Origin: Atribacterota bacterium
GTDB lineage: Bacteria; Atribacterota; Phoenicimicrobiia; Phoenicimicrobiales; Stramentimicrobiaceae
NCBI GenBank assembly: GCA_028696495.1
Contig: JAQVGY010000002.1
Location: 1-55,158, forward strand
DNA length: 55,158 bases
Direction: 5' to 3'
The position numbers were made by a program, and so were the translations under genes. The notes below the pieces were generated by a model. The model ran no database searches and was not told the DNA's origin. It saw only the letters and a program-made list of their open reading frames with translations. Of the stretch, positions 51,829 to 55,158 are shown piece after piece. Positions within the stretch are counted from its first letter, which is position 1, and every line of letters begins with the position of its first letter.

Positions 51829-52509
51829 GTGTATACCATGGTTTACAAATTTATTAAATTTATTTCTACAATAATTATTAATCTTTTCTGGTCTGTAAAA
51901 GTAGAAGGGGAAGATATTTCTAAATACCAGGATTCTTTTATCCTGGCGGCAAATCATGTTAGTTATTTAGATCCTATTGTTTTAGGAATAGTGGTGAAAA
52001 GACGAATAAATTTTATCACCAAAAAAGAAATATATGATAACCCGTTTCTTAACTGCATCTTGAAGAGAATCGGCACTATTCCGGTAGATAAAAATAGTAC
52101 TAACTCTGCCTCTATCAAAAAAAGTTTGAATTTATTAAAAGATAATCATATTTTGGGCGTTTTTCCAGAAGGAACCCGTTCTTCAGATGGAAAACTTTTG
52201 GAATTAAATACAGGCATGATAAAAATTGCCCTACAGGCTGATGTACCAATAATTCCGGTAGGAATTAGTGGTACATTTGAAATTTATCCTCCTGAGGCAA
52301 AGTTTCCAGCATTATTTAAAAATCAATGTATCTATATCAATTTTGGTAAACCTTACTCCCTTGATAAAAACAGGCGTAGGGATACAGAATATATAAAAGA
52401 ATCCTTAGTGAAAATAGAAGACGAGATTAAAAAATTGGCTCGATTATCGGAAAAAGAAGATGTTGATGAAAATTATTGTGAGGTAAGCTCTTATGACAAA
52501 TATAAGTAA
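51829..52509 (+). CDS. plsC: 1-acyl-sn-glycerol-3-phosphate acyltransferase
   Basis: Acyltransferase motifs AANHVSYLDP (HX4D), GVFPEGTRS and IIPVGISG. GTG 51829 or ATG 51838 start. Confidence 0.88.
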   Translation: MYTMVYKFIKFISTIIINLFWSVKVEGEDISKYQDSFILAANHVSYLDPIVLGIVVKRRINFITKKEIYDNPFLNCILKRIGTIPVDKNSTNSASIKKSLNLLKDNHILGVFPEGTRSSDGKLLELNTGMIKIALQADVPIIPVGISGTFEIYPPEAKFPALFKNQCIYINFGKPYSLDKNRRRDTEYIKESLVKIEDEIKKLARLSEKEDVDENYCEVSSYDKYK

Positions 52510-53947
52510 AGATATATGGGGTAAATTTTTTTTATTATTAGTTTTTTTATTAATCTGTCCTTATCCTCAATTTATTTTAGCCGGCAATAACGATTATGTT
52601 ATTGAAGCCACTTTTGGTGAATATGGTAACAGGGCTGAGGAGTTTAACTATCCGGTTGATATTACTCTGGACCAGGATGATAACATCTATGTTTCCGACT
52701 GGGAAAATGACAGGATTCAAATATTTGATAATAATGGAATTTTTTTAAGAATGATTCCGGATGAAACAAGCAAAGTGCAGCTTGATGGCCCGGTTGGTAT
52801 CGCGTTAGACGGTGAAAATAATATTTATATTGTTGAGCAGCATAATCATCGAATTCAAAAAATATCTTCTGATGGACAACCGATCACGGTATTTGGGCAA
52901 ATGGGAAACAAACCGGGAGAATTTGATAACCCCAGAGGTATTGCCCTTGATAGAGATGGGAATATCTATGTTGTTGACACCGGTAACAACAGGATTCAAA
53001 TTTTTTCTAAGGATTTTGACCTGCTATATATCTTTGGCAGAGAAGGCATGGGTGATGGAGAATTTTATTATCCTAGAGGTATTGCCCTTGATAAAGATGG
53101 GAATATCTATGTTGCCGATACTTTTCACCATCAAGTGCAAATTTTTAATGAAAAAGGTCAATTCATAAGACGCATTGGCACCTCCGGCAGCGAGCTCGGT
53201 GAATTTAACGGTACCAGATATATTGCCATTGATAAAAATAACAACATCTATATCACTGATTATAGGAATGGAAAGGTAGTCCAATATGACAATGAATATA
53301 ATTTTGTGACCGAGTTTGGGGCAGATGAACATGGCGTATCTTTAATGTACCCTGAAGGTATAGCTATAGACCAAAGAGGTTATATCTTTGTAGCTGATGC
53401 TGGAAATAACAGAATTGTAAAATATTGTATCTCCAAAATAATTATCAATAAAAAATTGGGAATAGAATTTTTGGAAAATAAGCAATGGGATGAAGCAATA
53501 CAGTCCTTTCAAAAAGTACTGGAAGAAGACCCAAAAGATATAGAAAGCAGGAAAGCCATGGCACTGGCTTATTCTGAAAATGCTCAACCAGAGCTGGCTA
53601 TTGAGCAATTTACCCTTATTCTGCAGGAATACCCTCAGGATCAAAATATTAAGACAAAATTAATAGATACTCATTATGCCTTAGCTTCGTACTACGCTAA
53701 AGAAAATCGCTATAAAGATGCTTTAAGCCATTACAAAGTTGTTCTGGAAAATCAACCTGATTATCCAGAATTAAAAATAAATTATTATTTAACCTATCTT
53801 AAATATCTCATAAATTCATTATTTTTTAAAATTATTATTGCAGCTATAGTATTTTTGATTTTATTCTTTCTCATTTTTCCAAAGTTGTCTAAAAAAAATA
53901 AAAAAGGTGGCAAACATTACCGAGACCGAGACAGAAGTCGATTTTAA
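52493..53947 (+). CDS. membrane-anchored six-bladed NHL-repeat beta-propeller protein with C-terminal TPR region
   Basis: N-terminal hydrophobic signal/anchor (KFFLLLVFLLICPYPQFILA). Six NHL repeats of about 47 aa (consensus F.YPRGIALD.DGNIYV.D..N.RIQIF). TPR-like helices (AIQSFQKVLEEDPKD..). C-terminal TM helix (FFKIIIAAIVFLILFFLIFP) followed by a basic tail. Confidence 0.8.
   Translation: MTNISKDIWGKFFLLLVFLLICPYPQFILAGNNDYVIEATFGEYGNRAEEFNYPVDITLDQDDNIYVSDWENDRIQIFDNNGIFLRMIPDETSKVQLDGPVGIALDGENNIYIVEQHNHRIQKISSDGQPITVFGQMGNKPGEFDNPRGIALDRDGNIYVVDTGNNRIQIFSKDFDLLYIFGREGMGDGEFYYPRGIALDKDGNIYVADTFHHQVQIFNEKGQFIRRIGTSGSELGEFNGTRYIAIDKNNNIYITDYRNGKVVQYDNEYNFVTEFGADEHGVSLMYPEGIAIDQRGYIFVADAGNNRIVKYCISKIIINKKLGIEFLENKQWDEAIQSFQKVLEEDPKDIESRKAMALAYSENAQPELAIEQFTLILQEYPQDQNIKTKLIDTHYALASYYAKENRYKDALSHYKVVLENQPDYPELKINYYLTYLKYLINSLFFKIIIAAIVFLILFFLIFPKLSKKNKKGGKHYRDRDRSRF
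52934..53114 (+). repeat. intragenic direct repeat: two 40-nt copies, 39/40 identical, 141 nt apart (NHL blades 3 and 4)
   Basis: AGAGGTATTGCCCTTGATA(G/A)AGATGGGAATATCTATGTTG occurs at 52934-52973 and 53075-53114. The offset of 141 nt equals 47 codons, one NHL repeat. Confidence 0.9.
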
Positions 53948-53993
53948 AACCAACCTTTGTATAATATAAAAATATTTTGAGGAGGATTCTTTT

Positions 53994-54857
53994 ATGGAAT
54001 ATAAAAGAAAAGCCGTAGTGGCTGGTTCTTTTTATGCTGCAAACCGGCAATCCTTAGAAGCGCAAATCAAGAATTGTTTTTTACATGAGATTGGACCAGG
54101 AGTATTGCCTGCCAGTGCGCAAGAAAAAGAAAGAAAAATAATGGGGATTATTGTTCCACATGCCGGATTTATGTATTCAGGACCGGTTGCTGCTCATAGT
54201 TACCTGCAGCTTTCCTTTGAGAAGACACCTCGCACAATTATTATACTTGGTCCAAACCACAGGGGTCTGGGGGGAGAAGTGTCACTCATGTCTTCAGGCC
54301 AATGGCAGACACCCTTGGGAACTATAGAGATTGACCAATCGATAGCCAATGAAATTATTGCACATGACGAAAAGAGAATTTTGCGAGATGATTTTCAAGC
54401 ACACCTTTTTGAACACTCTATTGAGGTGCAGTTACCATTTTTACAATTTATCTATCCAAACAGCGAATTTAAGATTATTCCTATCTCAATTATTAATCAG
54501 CAGCTTGTTTCCATGAAATATTTAGCAGAGATAATATACGAGACGATCAAAGACAAATACCAGGATTTCCTTTTAATTGCCAGCTCTGATTTTACCCACT
54601 ATGAAGAACAGGAAAGCACAAAACACAAAGATTCTGAGGGAATTAAGGAAATCCTTAAAATGGACACCGATCTTTTCTATATGACAATTCAAAACAATAA
54701 TGCTTCAATTTGTGGCCCCGGGCCAATCTCTGTAGTAATGGAGGCATGCAGAAAATTGGGTGTAAATCAAGGACAATTATTAAAATATGCCACTTCAGGA
54801 GATGTATCAGGTATATATGACCAGGTTGTTGGTTATGCTTCAATAATTTTCCAATAA
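53994..54857 (+). CDS. Memo-family protein (AmmeMemoRadiSam system protein B type)
   Basis: VVAGSFY, IVPHAGFMYSGPVAAHSY, ILGPNHRG, SSDFTHYE and NASICGPGPI motifs (predicted metal-site His/Cys). GAGGAGG Shine-Dalgarno upstream. Confidence 0.85.
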   Translation: MEYKRKAVVAGSFYAANRQSLEAQIKNCFLHEIGPGVLPASAQEKERKIMGIIVPHAGFMYSGPVAAHSYLQLSFEKTPRTIIILGPNHRGLGGEVSLMSSGQWQTPLGTIEIDQSIANEIIAHDEKRILRDDFQAHLFEHSIEVQLPFLQFIYPNSEFKIIPISIINQQLVSMKYLAEIIYETIKDKYQDFLLIASSDFTHYEEQESTKHKDSEGIKEILKMDTDLFYMTIQNNNASICGPGPISVVMEACRKLGVNQGQLLKYATSGDVSGIYDQVVGYASIIFQ

Positions 54858-54907
54858 TTTTCTTATAAAAATATTACAAAATTTATTATTATGGATACTA
54901 ATTAAAT

Positions 54908-55158
54908 ATGAAAATCATTGAAAAATATCAATTTGGGAAAATAGTAGTAAGTGGTTCTGTTTATAATACAGATTTAATTGTTTTCCCCGATTATGTTCAG
55001 GATAAATGGCGAAGGAGAGAAGGTCACCTTTTAAAAATAATTGATTTAGAAACTGTCATCAATTATCATCCGGAGGTTCTGATTATTGGCACCGGGATGT
55101 ATGGTTTAATGAAAATTGATAAAAACTTGATTCAGGTATTGAAAGATTTTAATATAAA
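54908..55158 (+). CDS. Mth938-like (DUF498) domain protein, 3'-truncated by window edge
   Basis: Not in the ORF track because it runs off the window. ATG 54908 opens MKIIEKYQFGKIVVSGSVYNTDLIVFPDYVQDKWRRREGHLLKIIDLETVINYHPEVLIIGTGMYGLMKI.., which resembles Mth938/NDUFAF3-like domains. Confidence 0.6.
   Translation, partial: MKIIEKYQFGKIVVSGSVYNTDLIVFPDYVQDKWRRREGHLLKIIDLETVINYHPEVLIIGTGMYGLMKIDKNLIQVLKDFNI

Noticed and set aside
52812-53168. Same-strand 118-aa alternative-frame ORF inside the NHL gene, with an internal repeat EVLPLI(E/K)MGISML.
   Set aside because: Its repeat is simply the out-of-frame reading of the duplicated 40-nt NHL segment. The NHL frame has six clean repeats and flanking signal and TM features.

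Overview
This is an AT-rich, almost gap-free 55-kb stretch of core bacterial chromosome. I count 58 protein genes and one tRNA, and all but two genes (rpmB, tmcAL) are on the + strand. Gene order is colinear with the Bacillus/Clostridium housekeeping block. In order: pdp (5'-partial), a DHH-CBS-CCA nucleotidyltransferase fusion, an M50 protease, trpS, scpA-scpB, an rluB-cmk single ORF, ispH, rpmB(-), rsmD-coaD, tmcAL(-), pta and rpmF. Then fapR-acpP-rnc-smc-ftsY-ffh-rpsP-KH-trmD-rplS-rnhB-yraN-comM, rpe, der-plsY, topA-xerC-hslVU and rpsB-tsf-pyrH-frr-uppS-cdsA-dxr-rseP-ispG. Then a small GT2 glycosyltransferase, a nine-gene V-type ATPase operon, tRNA-Arg(CCG) and plsC. The window ends with a short non-housekeeping tail: an NHL/TPR membrane protein, a Memo-family protein and a 3'-partial Mth938-like gene. 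I found no CRISPR array, transposase, prophage, toxin-antitoxin or recognisable defence module. No intergenic gap exceeds about 255 bp, so I cannot support the presence of a clear novel multi-gene system here. The observations most worth a second look are these: (1) a complete Na+-binding signature in the V-ATPase proteolipid, plus a palindrome-embedded promoter for that operon; (2) two domain fusions (DHH-DHHA1-CBS-CCA and RluB-Cmk); (3) a scpB whose conserved N-terminus has no canonical start codon; (4) fapR abutting acpP with plsX/fabD/fabG missing, part of a wider pattern of deleted neighbours relative to Firmicute synteny; (5) the NHL/TPR - Memo - Mth938 tail, which runs off the window edge. 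All functional calls rest on motif recognition by eye and remembered homologues, not on database searches.
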